Positions 38,478 to 47,558 of a DNA stretch of 54,823 nt are shown piece by piece. This DNA is from Candidatus Geothermocultoraceae bacterium (lineage in GTDB: Bacteria > Actinomycetota > Aquicultoria > SKW223 > CALKMS01): positions 1 to 54,823 of the forward strand of contig DAIRCJ010000001.1 in assembly GCA_036796755.1 (NCBI GenBank). Reading direction: 5' to 3'. Below the pieces are notes generated by a model. That model searched no databases and was not told where the DNA came from. It was given only the letters and a program-made list of their open reading frames with translations. Made by a program: the position numbers and the translations under genes. How positions within the stretch are numbered: the first letter of the stretch is position 1; each line of letters starts with the position of its first letter.

Positions 38478-40558
38478 GAAAGAATAAAGCTCAAGAAACC
38501 GCCGATTTTTATAGCGATGTTTACGCTATAATTCTGGCAACTCTGGCTATTTTTTTACTTCTTTCTCTTTTTACTGATTACACCGGTATCGTTGGTCATT
38601 ATGTCGCCTTTTTTTCAAGCTGGCTTTTAGGCTGGGGAAGGTTTTTACTGCCCTTTTTATTGCTCGTTTTCTCAGGGGTTCTTTTAATCCGAAAAGATAT
38701 TTACTGGAATGACATTGCTCTGGGTTTGTTTTTAATCGGTATTTCTCTTCTTGCTCAAAGTCATATCCTCGTGCCTCTTAATCAAATGTATTTACAAAAA
38801 AATCTAATTAAATATGGGGGTTTTTTAGGATTTCTTTTTTCCTACCCGCTGGTTTATTTACTTAAACCAGTTGGAGCAACCGTAATTTTAATTGGAGTTT
38901 TTTTAATCGGGCTGGTTCTAACCATAAGAAGGCCTCTTACTGATCTGGTTCGTCTGGCAAGGAAAAAGCCGTCCCGGCCACCCCGAGCGGTTGAAGGCTT
39001 AAATTCTCAAAGTAAACAGGAAGAAACTTTTATTGAAGAAACTCTGCCTGTCATTCTTGAAGAAAAGACTCTCCCTCTGGAAAAGAAAATCAAAGAGACG
39101 CCAGTTGAACAAAAAAAAGAAGAGGTAGTTGTTCCTCTGGAAATAATAAAGAAAGAGGGGGCCGAAAAGTATTTACTCTGTTCAAGCGGGAAGAAGAGAA
39201 AGTCGGCTTCGGAAATGAAAGCAGTCCTGGAAAAAACTTTAAAAGAGTTTGAAGTAGGCGCCTGGATAGAAAATGTAATTGAAGGCCCGACTTTTACCCG
39301 CTTTGAAATTCAACTGGAACCTGGAGTGAAGGTCAATAAGATTTTAAGAATTGAAGAGGATATGGCACTGGCTTTAGCCTCGCCTGATTTGAGAATTCTG
39401 GCTCCGATACCAGGCAAATCGGCCATCGGTATTGAAGTGCCCAATATCTATCGTTCCTTTGTTTACCTTGGAGATTTAGTGAAAACCCCGGATTTTCAGG
39501 AAGCTGAATCTCCGCTGGCTGTAGCCATTGGCCAGGAAATCACTGGGGCACCGGTTGTAATAGACTTGAAAGGTTTACCTCACCTACTGATAGCCGGCGC
39601 TACTGGTTCAGGTAAAAGCGTCTGTTTGAATGCTATAATAACCTCCATTCTTTTAAGAGCCCGGCCAAGCGAAGTTAAGTTTATAATGATTGACCCCAAA
39701 AGAATTGAACTAAATCTTTACAACGACATTCCCCATTTAATTGTTCCTGTGGTCGTGAACCCCAAGCAGGCTGCAGCTGCTCTGGCCTGGGCGGTAGAGG
39801 AAATGGAAAAGCGATTTGAGCTTCTTTCAGAAACAAAGACTCGCCATCTCGATGCCTACAACCGCGAAGCGGAGGAAAAACTTCCCTATCTGGTTGTCGT
39901 CCTTGATGAACTGGCTGATTTAATGCTTATTGCCGCCAAAGAAGTTGAAGATGCGATTTGCCGCCTGGCTCAAATGGGGCGAGCAGTGGGAATACATCTG
40001 GTAGTTGCCACCCAGCGGCCTTCTTCGGATATAATAACTGGCTTGATAAAGGCTAATATAACTTCCCGAATTGCTTTTGCGGTTTCCTCTCAAGTTGACT
40101 CCCGAGTAATTCTTGATAGTCCAGGAGCAGAAAAATTAGTGGGCAAGGGAGATATGCTCTTTGTCACTCCTGCCTGGTTAAAGCCCCATCGCTTGCAGGG
40201 AGTTTATGTTTCGGAAGGAGAAATTGAAAAAATAGTTGAATACTGGAAGGCTTTGTTAGAACCCCAGTACGATTACAAAGTTGTGGAAGTTAATCGCTTA
40301 AAGTCTTTTGATTCAGGTGAAGACGATGTTCTTTTTAATGAAGCGGCTGAAATGGTTATTGTTACTGGAAAGGCCTCAGTAACTTATCTTCAGAGAAAAT
40401 TTAAGCTGGGTTATGCTCGAGCTGCTCGACTTATGGATTTGCTGGAGGAGAGGGGAGTGGTAGGACCAGCCCAGGGTAGCAAACCGCGCGAGGTTTTACT
40501 GACTCTTTCCGAGTGGGAAGAGATCAAGCAAAGCCAATCTGAGGAACAGACAAGATGA
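38474..40558 (+). CDS. ftsK: DNA translocase FtsK
   Basis: Has N-terminal TM helices, a linker, a motor domain with GATGSGKSV and VVLDELADLM, and a C-terminal gamma winged helix. I prefer GTG 38474 (GGTGG SD, GTGA overlap with uppP) to the SD-less TTG 38435 of the ORF track. Confidence 0.9.
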   Translation: MRKNKAQETADFYSDVYAIILATLAIFLLLSLFTDYTGIVGHYVAFFSSWLLGWGRFLLPFLLLVFSGVLLIRKDIYWNDIALGLFLIGISLLAQSHILVPLNQMYLQKNLIKYGGFLGFLFSYPLVYLLKPVGATVILIGVFLIGLVLTIRRPLTDLVRLARKKPSRPPRAVEGLNSQSKQEETFIEETLPVILEEKTLPLEKKIKETPVEQKKEEVVVPLEIIKKEGAEKYLLCSSGKKRKSASEMKAVLEKTLKEFEVGAWIENVIEGPTFTRFEIQLEPGVKVNKILRIEEDMALALASPDLRILAPIPGKSAIGIEVPNIYRSFVYLGDLVKTPDFQEAESPLAVAIGQEITGAPVVIDLKGLPHLLIAGATGSGKSVCLNAIITSILLRARPSEVKFIMIDPKRIELNLYNDIPHLIVPVVVNPKQAAAALAWAVEEMEKRFELLSETKTRHLDAYNREAEEKLPYLVVVLDELADLMLIAAKEVEDAICRLAQMGRAVGIHLVVATQRPSSDIITGLIKANITSRIAFAVSSQVDSRVILDSPGAEKLVGKGDMLFVTPAWLKPHRLQGVYVSEGEIEKIVEYWKALLEPQYDYKVVEVNRLKSFDSGEDDVLFNEAAEMVIVTGKASVTYLQRKFKLGYARAARLMDLLEERGVVGPAQGSKPREVLLTLSEWEEIKQSQSEEQTR

Positions 40559-41295
40559 CTATCGGTCAAAAACTTTCGGAAAAGAGAAGGGAGTTAGGTA
40601 AAACCATAAAAGATGTTGAGTTAACTTTAAAAATAAGTTCTCGCTATCTTGAAGCAATTGAAAATGATGATTTTGACAAACTTCCTTCGCCAACCTATGC
40701 CAAAGCCTTTTTATCCGATTATGCTACCTTTTTAGGTCTTGACAAAGATGAAATTGTTGAAGAGTTTGAAGCTCTTTATCTATCCAGACCGGAAAAAGAA
40801 TCCCTAGCAAAACCGGGATTTGTTTTTCCAGAATGGTCTGGAACTTTTCTGGCTCTGGTTCTTTTAGCTTCTTTATTTTTTCTGAGTCTTTATTATTTGT
40901 TTTCTTATGTTCGCTCTCAAAATCCCCCGGTAAAGACCAAAACCCCGAGCGAAAAAGAGCTTCCCGCTACGGTTCCCACCCCGGAACCAACTGCTCAACC
41001 CGAGACAACCACTCCAACCGAGACACCACCTCAGCCTATTTCTGAAAAAGTTAACCTTAAAGTTAGAATAACCGGTAAAGCTAGCTGGATAAGGGTTATT
41101 GTGGATGGGGAAAAGGTTTATGAGGGAATGATGAGGCAGGGAGAAGAAAAAAAGTGGGAAGGTCAGGAAATAAAATTAAGAGTTGGCAATGCAAGCTCAA
41201 CTGTGGTAATTGTTAATGGAAAAGTTATTGAGCTCGGTCGTACAGCTAACGGAATAGTGGATAAAGTTTTTAGAGGGGGTGTTGATGAGCAATAA
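40555..41295 (+). CDS. RodZ-like protein (HTH + TM + Pro/Thr-rich linker + DUF4115-like C-domain)
   Basis: 246 aa. Has an N-terminal XRE-type HTH (IGQKLSEKRRELGKTIKDVELTLKISSRYLEAIE), one TM helix, a PTPEPT-rich linker and a beta-rich C-terminus. Confidence 0.65.
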   Translation: MTIGQKLSEKRRELGKTIKDVELTLKISSRYLEAIENDDFDKLPSPTYAKAFLSDYATFLGLDKDEIVEEFEALYLSRPEKESLAKPGFVFPEWSGTFLALVLLASLFFLSLYYLFSYVRSQNPPVKTKTPSEKELPATVPTPEPTAQPETTTPTETPPQPISEKVNLKVRITGKASWIRVIVDGEKVYEGMMRQGEEKKWEGQEIKLRVGNASSTVVIVNGKVIELGRTANGIVDKVFRGGVDEQ

Positions 41296-42466
41296 GCGAC
41301 GGTTTTTTATAGCTTCAGAAGAGGACATAGTAAAAGGGCTAGTTTCCGATGTCTATTTCAGTCGTGTTTCTGAGGTTTTGCGAGTTTATGGTATTAATCC
41401 TCTGGCTAAAGGTGAAGTGAGAGCCGGTAGTTTGCCTCTTAACTGGCCCTGGGCTGTTTTTGCCGGTTTGGAGGAGATTTTAAATCTCTTTGAGGGTTTC
41501 CCGGTTGATATCTTCGCTCTTGAAGAGGGAACAGTGTTTTACCCTGAGATGCCGGTCTTTCGAATTGAAGGTAAATATCTAAGCTATGCAGTTTATGAAA
41601 CAGCGCTTTTGGGTTTCCTCTGTCAGGCTTCCGGCATTGCTACAATGGCTGCTCGTTGTAAAAAAGCAGCTGATGGTCGGCCAGTTTACAGCTTTGGCGC
41701 CCGAAGGATGCATCCAGCTATTTCTCCAATGATTGAAAGAAATGCTTTTATTGGTGGTTGTGACGGGGTAGCCGCCATTGAAAGCGCTACTTTTTTAAAG
41801 GAAGAGCCCGTGGGAACTATGTCTCACTCTTTTATTCTTTGTTTTGGTAACGAAAAAGAGGCTTTTAAAGCTTTTCACAAGGTAATGCCGCCAAAAATAA
41901 AGCGAATTGCCTTAATAGATACTTTTCAAGATGAAAAGTTCGGTGCTTTAACCGCAGCCGAAGCTATAGGTAACGATTTGTTTGCTGTCAGGCTTGACAC
42001 GCCTTCCTCCCGACGCGGAAACTTTTTAAAAATTTTACAAGAAGTAAGGTGGGAACTGGATTTAAGAGGTTACAGCGGGGTAAAGATATTTGTCAGCGGG
42101 GGTCTTAACGAGAAACTCATTAAGGAATTGAACCAGTGCGCCGATGCCTATGGAGTAGGTACGGCTATCAGCAATGCACCAGTTGTTGACTTTTCCTTTG
42201 ACCTGGTTGAAATTGACAATAAGCCCCTGGCTAAAAGAGGTAAAACCTCAGGTTCCAAGCAGGTTTATCGTTGCCAGAAATGTTTTCAAGACCACATTGT
42301 ACCCTGGAATTCCAAAATTGAGGCCTGCAATTGCGGGAGTAAAAAACTTGAACCACTCCTCAAGCCGTGGCTTAAAAAAGGAAAACTGGTTAGAAAAACT
42401 CCGGATCCCAGGGAGATTAGAGAAAAAACCTTAAATAACTTAAAACGATTAAACCTTGAACTATGA
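41285..42466 (+). CDS. pncB: nicotinate phosphoribosyltransferase (archaeal/short type) with C-terminal Cys4 ribbon
   Basis: Has DVYF...GTMSHSF...VRLDTPSSRRG and a C-terminal CQKC...CNCG. ATG 41285, 5 nt after AGAGGGGG, is preferred to GTG 41279. Confidence 0.75.
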   Translation: MSNKRRFFIASEEDIVKGLVSDVYFSRVSEVLRVYGINPLAKGEVRAGSLPLNWPWAVFAGLEEILNLFEGFPVDIFALEEGTVFYPEMPVFRIEGKYLSYAVYETALLGFLCQASGIATMAARCKKAADGRPVYSFGARRMHPAISPMIERNAFIGGCDGVAAIESATFLKEEPVGTMSHSFILCFGNEKEAFKAFHKVMPPKIKRIALIDTFQDEKFGALTAAEAIGNDLFAVRLDTPSSRRGNFLKILQEVRWELDLRGYSGVKIFVSGGLNEKLIKELNQCADAYGVGTAISNAPVVDFSFDLVEIDNKPLAKRGKTSGSKQVYRCQKCFQDHIVPWNSKIEACNCGSKKLEPLLKPWLKKGKLVRKTPDPREIREKTLNNLKRLNLEL

Positions 42467-43632
42467 AAAAGCAGCTTTTACTGGCTTTTTTCCTGACCAG
42501 TCTTTTTCTACTTTCTCAGCCTCTGCAAATCAGTCAGGCAAACCCAGCTGATCAGGTTAAGGTTACGGCAAAATCAGCCCTGGCGGCTGAATTAAATAGC
42601 GACCAGATAGTTTTCCAGAAAGAGGTAAATGTTAAAAGACCAGTTGCCAGCACAACCAAAGTAATGACCGCTCTGCTTGCTTTAGAAAGGCTTTCTTTAA
42701 GCGAAGTTTTAACTACCACTCCGGAAGCTGCTTCTGCCGGTGAAGCCGAGATTTACTTAGCACCTGAAGATACTATGACGGTAGAAAACCTTCTTTATGC
42801 TATGCTTTTGAGGTCAGCCAACGACGCTGCTATGACTTTAGCTGAAGGAGCTGGTAAAACAATCAAAAACTTTACTGCTCTTATGAACAAAAAAGCTCAA
42901 GAGTTGGGAGCTTTTAACACTCATTTTATTAATCCCCACGGTCTTTACAACAAAAAGCACTATTCAACCGCTTACGACCTCTACCTGATAACCCGAGAAG
43001 CACTTAAAAATCCTGTTTTTGCCCGGATTGTCGCCACCAGAAAAAAGGTCCTTTCGGGAAATGGCCGTTATCTAATTAGAAACATAGTTAATCATAATAA
43101 ACTGGTTTTAAAGTACAATTACGTAAAGGGAGTAAAAACCGGCTATACCAGCGAAGCTGGCTACTGCTTGATTGCTCTTGGAGAGTTAAACAACCTGAGA
43201 ATTTTAACCGTGGTTTTAGGTGCTCCAACCAGCCAGGATTGCTATAACGACACATTAAGACTGATGAATTATGTAGCTTCAAACTACAGCTATCAAAATT
43301 TTGTAAAAAAGGGTGAGCTTACAGCTAAGCTTTACCTTGAGAACGGGAACAAACCTTTGCTTGCTCAAGCCGAAGAAGATCTTTCAATTCTTTACTCCCG
43401 AAAAGATCTGCCCATAAACGATATTTCTTTCAAATCCGACATCGCTCTTCCGGTAAAAAAAGGAACCGTCGTGGGTAAGTATATTGTGCGTGGTCAAAAA
43501 AGTAAGAAAGTTTTGGGTGAGGTCAGGCTGGTTGCCCAAAATGATGTGGAACCAGTCAGAATATTGACCTCGCCTGACAACTTGCTTAACCGAGCCTTAA
43601 GGTTTTTGGGCCGAATTTTAAATTTTTTTTAA
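42463..43632 (+). CDS. D-alanyl-D-alanine carboxypeptidase (S11, PBP5-like)
   Basis: 389 aa. Has a signal peptide, SxxK (ASTTK), SxN (SAN) and KTG (VKTGYT). Confidence 0.85.
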   Translation: MKKQLLLAFFLTSLFLLSQPLQISQANPADQVKVTAKSALAAELNSDQIVFQKEVNVKRPVASTTKVMTALLALERLSLSEVLTTTPEAASAGEAEIYLAPEDTMTVENLLYAMLLRSANDAAMTLAEGAGKTIKNFTALMNKKAQELGAFNTHFINPHGLYNKKHYSTAYDLYLITREALKNPVFARIVATRKKVLSGNGRYLIRNIVNHNKLVLKYNYVKGVKTGYTSEAGYCLIALGELNNLRILTVVLGAPTSQDCYNDTLRLMNYVASNYSYQNFVKKGELTAKLYLENGNKPLLAQAEEDLSILYSRKDLPINDISFKSDIALPVKKGTVVGKYIVRGQKSKKVLGEVRLVAQNDVEPVRILTSPDNLLNRALRFLGRILNFF

Positions 43633-43647
43633 CTAAGGACGATAATA

Positions 43648-44178
43648 ATGACTGAGGGCAAAATGGAATTGAAAGAGCTTGAAGAAGCTTTTCTTAATAT
43701 CGAAAAAAAATCTACCTCTGAACTCAAAGAACTTTTTAAACAGCTCAGCGAGTTAGAAGGTAAAGTCTCAACGTTTAGAAAGAAAATTCACGAACTAACT
43801 AACAACTTGCGAGCCGAACTGATTAAGCGCCTGGCTTCCAGCCCTTCTTTTCAGGAAGATATTTTTCTGGAAAATCTTTCATCCACCTTAGAAACTTTTC
43901 CTGTATCCTGCCAAAAAAGTCTTGATAAAATTAACTTTTCCAGTCTTTTTACTTTGCCCACTTTAGTTAACGAGCTAAACCCGGCCTCAACTGAGGAAAT
44001 CGAAAAAAACCTTAACCTTCTCCGCAGCAAAGAAGCTGAAGTCTCCTATGTCCGAAGGTTGATTCATGGCTGGCTTGATATTTTAAAAAAAGAGCTTGAG
44101 CGAAGATTTACCCGGCCAGAAACAACCATTGAGCTAATTCTTCAGGAAATCAACAGGATTCTCGTCAATAACTTTTGA
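43648..44178 (+). CDS. coiled-coil protein with two RsiG-type c-di-GMP-binding-like motifs
   Basis: 176 aa. Carries E37-x3-S41-x2-R44-x3-H48-x3-N52 and E129-x3-S133-x2-R136-x3-H140-x3-D144 on two predicted long helices. See findings. Confidence 0.45.
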   Translation: MTEGKMELKELEEAFLNIEKKSTSELKELFKQLSELEGKVSTFRKKIHELTNNLRAELIKRLASSPSFQEDIFLENLSSTLETFPVSCQKSLDKINFSSLFTLPTLVNELNPASTEEIEKNLNLLRSKEAEVSYVRRLIHGWLDILKKELERRFTRPETTIELILQEINRILVNNF

Positions 44179-44248
44179 CCGAGTTTCCTAAATAGAAGTT
44201 GTCAAATCACTTGTTTAAAGCTAAACTTTAACTGAAAGGAGGTTTAGT

Positions 44249-44521
44249 TTGGAAAAAACTTTAAGAGACCGAATTACTGATTTTTTTAAGGAATTAAGCA
44301 TTGACCTTCTTGAGGAAAGGATTATTAACTATATCATCAGAGAACTCAAGAATGGTCGCCGTTTACCTTCCATCTTGAAAGACCCTTATATCAAGAACCG
44401 CCTAAGCGAAGAAGAGCTAATGCGTCTGCTTGAAAATCCTCAGTTAATTGAAACCCTGGAAGAAGAGATAAACAAATCTTTCAAAGAACAAATGAATTTC
44501 TTTTCTTCCTCTGAGGAGTGA
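44249..44521 (+). CDS. hypothetical small acidic protein
   Basis: 90 aa. The TTG start lies 6 nt after AAGGAGG. No recognisable motif. Confidence 0.5.
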   Translation: MEKTLRDRITDFFKELSIDLLEERIINYIIRELKNGRRLPSILKDPYIKNRLSEEELMRLLENPQLIETLEEEINKSFKEQMNFFSSSEE

Positions 44522-44524
44522 AAG

Positions 44525-44962
44525 ATGATTTGCCCCAAATGCAAAAAAGAAATCAGCGAAGATGTCAGCTTTTGCCCTCACTGTAACTATCAAATTCAAG
44601 AAGACACGGTTATTTTAAAAAAATCTCATCTCAAGGGAGAAGAAGTTGAGATAAAACCTTCTACCGACAAAGCCCACACGGTTGCGATTAAAAAAGGGCC
44701 CTCAGCGGGAACTGAATTTTTGGTCGAAAAAGAAGAAATAACCATTGGCCGCGACCCAGCTAGTGATATTTTTTTAAACGACATTACTGTTTCTCGCCGC
44801 CATGCCCGCATTTTCTTTAAAAAAGATGAAGCTTTTATTGAAGATTTAGGAAGTCTCAATGGAATTTTTGTTGATGGAAAAAGAGTGGAAAAGGCTCAGT
44901 TAAAGCCAGGAGCTGAAATTCAAATTGGCAAGTTTAAGTTAGTTTTTTTCAAAAAGAGGTAA
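44525..44962 (+). CDS. zinc-ribbon + FHA domain protein (GarA/OdhI position)
   Basis: 145 aa. Has an N-terminal CPKC...CPHC ribbon, then an FHA domain (ITIGRDPASDIFLNDITVSRRHARI...GSLNGIFVDGKRV). Confidence 0.85.
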   Translation: MICPKCKKEISEDVSFCPHCNYQIQEDTVILKKSHLKGEEVEIKPSTDKAHTVAIKKGPSAGTEFLVEKEEITIGRDPASDIFLNDITVSRRHARIFFKKDEAFIEDLGSLNGIFVDGKRVEKAQLKPGAEIQIGKFKLVFFKKR

Positions 44963-44965
44963 ACC

Positions 44966-45655
44966 TTGCCTAAAAAGCCTTCTTTCTCCAATTTATTAAA
45001 AGTAAATCAAGTAGTTGAACTTTTAAAATCCGAATTTGGAGACTTAACCCCCAGCAAGATTCGTTTTCTGGAGTCCCGGGGCCTGATCAAGCCTAAAAGA
45101 AGCGAATCTGGTTACCGACTCTTCACCGAACACGATATTGAAACTTTAAGGGCAGTCTTAAGGCTTCAAAAAGAACGCTACTTGCCCCTGTCAGTTATAA
45201 AGGAAAGGCTGGAGTCTCCTGATTCCTTAAGCTCTCTGGTCACTCAAATTGAGGAAGAAGCTGAGCTGGAAGAAGAACAGGGCTTGAATCGAGAAAAGTT
45301 TAAGGAAATAACCAAACTTTCTGACGAAACCTTAGAAGAGATGCTTTCCTATGGTCTTTTAATGCCAGAGAAAACTCTGGAGGGGGAAGAGTTCTCCAGC
45401 TATGACTTGAGAGTGGCTCAAACCTTTCTTAATCTTTCTGCTTTTGGCATTGAGCCACGTCACCTTAGAATGTATGTTAATTTCGGAGAAAGAGAAAAAG
45501 TCTTTATCGAGCAAATGCTTCTTCCCTATCTAAAGCAAAAAAGTAGCGAAGGAAAGCGCCAAGCTCGAGAAAAACTGCAGATTCTCTTGAAAAATCTTAA
45601 TGAGCTGAGAAAGGCAATTCTGATAAGGTCTCTAGAAAAATACTACTCAAAATAA
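44966..45655 (+). CDS. MerR-family transcriptional regulator (FtsR-like position)
   Basis: 229 aa. Has an N-terminal MerR HTH (LTPSKIRFLESRGLIKPKRSESGYRLFTEHDIETLRAVLRLQKE). It lies directly downstream of the FHA gene, as in actinobacteria. Confidence 0.8.
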   Translation: MPKKPSFSNLLKVNQVVELLKSEFGDLTPSKIRFLESRGLIKPKRSESGYRLFTEHDIETLRAVLRLQKERYLPLSVIKERLESPDSLSSLVTQIEEEAELEEEQGLNREKFKEITKLSDETLEEMLSYGLLMPEKTLEGEEFSSYDLRVAQTFLNLSAFGIEPRHLRMYVNFGEREKVFIEQMLLPYLKQKSSEGKRQAREKLQILLKNLNELRKAILIRSLEKYYSK

Positions 45656-46135
45656 ATGGCGGAAAAATTTTTGCTTGACTATATGCTGGGGAAGCTGGCT
45701 CGCTGGTTGCGCCTTTTAGGTTATGACTCTCTTTACCTGAAACTCAAGGATGATTCCAGCCTTGTTTATATTGCTCTCAGGGAAAACCGCATTCTTTTAA
45801 CCCGTGACCAGCAGTTAATCAAGCGCAAGATGATTAAAGAAGGGAAGGTCCGCTCTATTTTAATTAAAAGCCATAAGGTGGAAGACCAAATTAAAGAGGT
45901 TAACAAGGTTCACCCTCTCAAATTCCAGAGGCATTCTTTTTGCCCCTTTTGCAATGTCCAGCTGATAAACGTTCTACCTGATGAAGTTTTTTCCCGGGTT
46001 CCCCCTTATGTTTACCTCACCCAGGAATCATTCCTAACCTGCTCTTCCTGCCAGCGCATTTTCTGGGCGGGAACCCAGCTCAATAGCTTTCTAAACACTG
46101 TTGACAAGATCCTGAATTTAAACCAGGCCAATTAG
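45656..46135 (+). CDS. Mut7-C RNase domain protein (DUF82, PIN-like + zinc ribbon)
   Basis: 159 aa. Has LLDYMLGKLARWLRLLGYD, a CPFC...CSSC ribbon and a C-terminal FWAGT. Confidence 0.7.
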   Translation: MAEKFLLDYMLGKLARWLRLLGYDSLYLKLKDDSSLVYIALRENRILLTRDQQLIKRKMIKEGKVRSILIKSHKVEDQIKEVNKVHPLKFQRHSFCPFCNVQLINVLPDEVFSRVPPYVYLTQESFLTCSSCQRIFWAGTQLNSFLNTVDKILNLNQAN

Positions 46136-46593
46136 AAAATCAGCCCCAAGTAGTGATGATGAGCACTTAAAAAGTTTGCCAGGAGGCTGAAAATAATTAA
46201 GAAAAGATTGAAAAGAGAAAAAACAGCAAGGTGACGACGCCAGCTCTTTTTTTTAGCGCGTCGATAAAGAATTATCAGGGTGGTAAACAAAAGATAAGAA
46301 ACGATTAATAAAGTAGCAAAGGCTTTAAAATCCAGGAAAGTTTTCCAGATATCTTGAGCTCGGAGAAGACCGGTGACTAAAGTGAGGCTCATAAAAAACA
46401 AAGAAAGAACCAGATACACAAAGTTAAGGTTGCTGCGAACCTCTTTAGCCGCTTTGACAAACTCTTCCAGCTTTTCTTCCTGTTCGTACCGCTTAACCAG
46501 AAGGAAGCTTAAGCCTCCAATGAAGTTAAGGAACATCAAGACTAAACTGCTCAAGGCAAAAGCTATATGCAGGTAACATTCTTTCCAAACCAT
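46132..46593 (-). CDS. small integral membrane protein
   Basis: Four predicted hydrophobic helices. I prefer ATG 46593 (MVWKECY...) to the TTG 46644 of the ORF track. Its stop overlaps the convergent Mut7-C stop. Confidence 0.5.
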   Translation of the reverse strand: MVWKECYLHIAFALSSLVLMFLNFIGGLSFLLVKRYEQEEKLEEFVKAAKEVRSNLNFVYLVLSLFFMSLTLVTGLLRAQDIWKTFLDFKAFATLLIVSYLLFTTLIILYRRAKKKSWRRHLAVFSLFNLFLIIFSLLANFLSAHHHYLGLIF

Positions 46594-46628
46594 TTTTATT
46601 ATTTTGATATAATAACACAACATAAAAA

Positions 46629-47012
46629 ATGCCTGAAACTCCAAAAAAGGATAACCAGAGTATCGATAGTGTAAAGTTTGCTCACAGTAGCGAGCGGGTT
46701 TGCGCTGAAATTCTAAATTACTATGGCATAAAATGGGAATACGAGCCCCGAACTTTTCCTCTGGCCTGGGACAAAAAAGGCAAGGTTGTTTTAAGTTTTA
46801 CCCCTGATTTTTATCTTCCTGAGTTTGACCTTTATATTGAACTGACCACTATGAATCAACGCCTGGTAACCAAAAAAAACCGCAAAGTAAAGCTTTTAAG
46901 AAAGCTTTATCCTGAAGTTAACATCAAAATTTTTTACCAGAAAGACTTCAAAAAACTTCTTTTAAAGTATGGCCTCCAGAAGAAACATAGCGCTTATTTC
47001 AAAGAGGGCTGA
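46629..47012 (+). CDS. hypothetical protein, restriction-endonuclease-like core
   Basis: 127 aa. SERVCAEILNYYGIKWEYEP...FTPDFYLPEFDLYIELT resembles a D...E-x-K nuclease core, with T in the K position. Confidence 0.4.
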   Translation: MPETPKKDNQSIDSVKFAHSSERVCAEILNYYGIKWEYEPRTFPLAWDKKGKVVLSFTPDFYLPEFDLYIELTTMNQRLVTKKNRKVKLLRKLYPEVNIKIFYQKDFKKLLLKYGLQKKHSAYFKEG

Positions 47013-47018
47013 TCTTAG

Positions 47019-47558
47019 TTGAAGAAAAAAATCGTAATTTTTAAAAAAAGGGAGATTCAAAAAAGAGTAAAAGAGCTTGGGAAAGAAATTACCCGGGATT
47101 ATAAGGGCAAAGATCTCGTTCTGGTTGGGGTGTTAAGAGGCGCTTTTGTTTTCCTGTCCGACCTCTTTCAGGCAATAAAGCTTCCCTGTAGCGTCGACTT
47201 TATAGCTATCAGTGGTTATGGTCCAGCTTCATCAGGAGTGGTCAGGCTTTTAAAAGACCTTGAAGAAAACATTGAAGGCAAGGATGTGATTTTAGTTGAG
47301 GATATAATTGATACCGGTCTAACTGTTTCTTATCTTTTAAGAAATTTAAAAGCCCGGAACCCTGGTTCACTGGAGGTTTGCACTCTTCTTAATCGTTCAG
47401 TCCGTCGAATTGTTGACCTGCCCATAAAGTATGTTGGTTTCGAAATTCCTGATGTTTTTGTTGTTGGCTATGGTTTAGATTATCAACAAAAGTTTCGTAA
47501 TCTCTCCTACATTCAGGTTCTTGAGGAAAAAGAAATTTTGAGAGGCAGTATCAGTTGA
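47019..47558 (+). CDS. hpt: hypoxanthine phosphoribosyltransferase
   Basis: 179 aa. Has the PRPP loop VILVEDIIDTGLT and a C-terminal VVGYGLDY. Confidence 0.92.
   Translation: MKKKIVIFKKREIQKRVKELGKEITRDYKGKDLVLVGVLRGAFVFLSDLFQAIKLPCSVDFIAISGYGPASSGVVRLLKDLEENIEGKDVILVEDIIDTGLTVSYLLRNLKARNPGSLEVCTLLNRSVRRIVDLPIKYVGFEIPDVFVVGYGLDYQQKFRNLSYIQVLEEKEILRGSIS

Noticed and set aside
46132-46135. Convergent stop-codon overlaps (TTAG at 46132-46135, and the 9-nt overlap at 48533-48541)
   Set aside because: This is common compact-genome geometry. No associated hairpin or other signal suggests a special function.
46594-46644. N-terminal extension of the minus-strand membrane protein from TTG 46644
   Set aside because: It would overlap the divergent gene's start. 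The extension (MEFQAFFMLCYYIKIIK) precedes a plausible ATG, and the hydrophobic core begins after that ATG.
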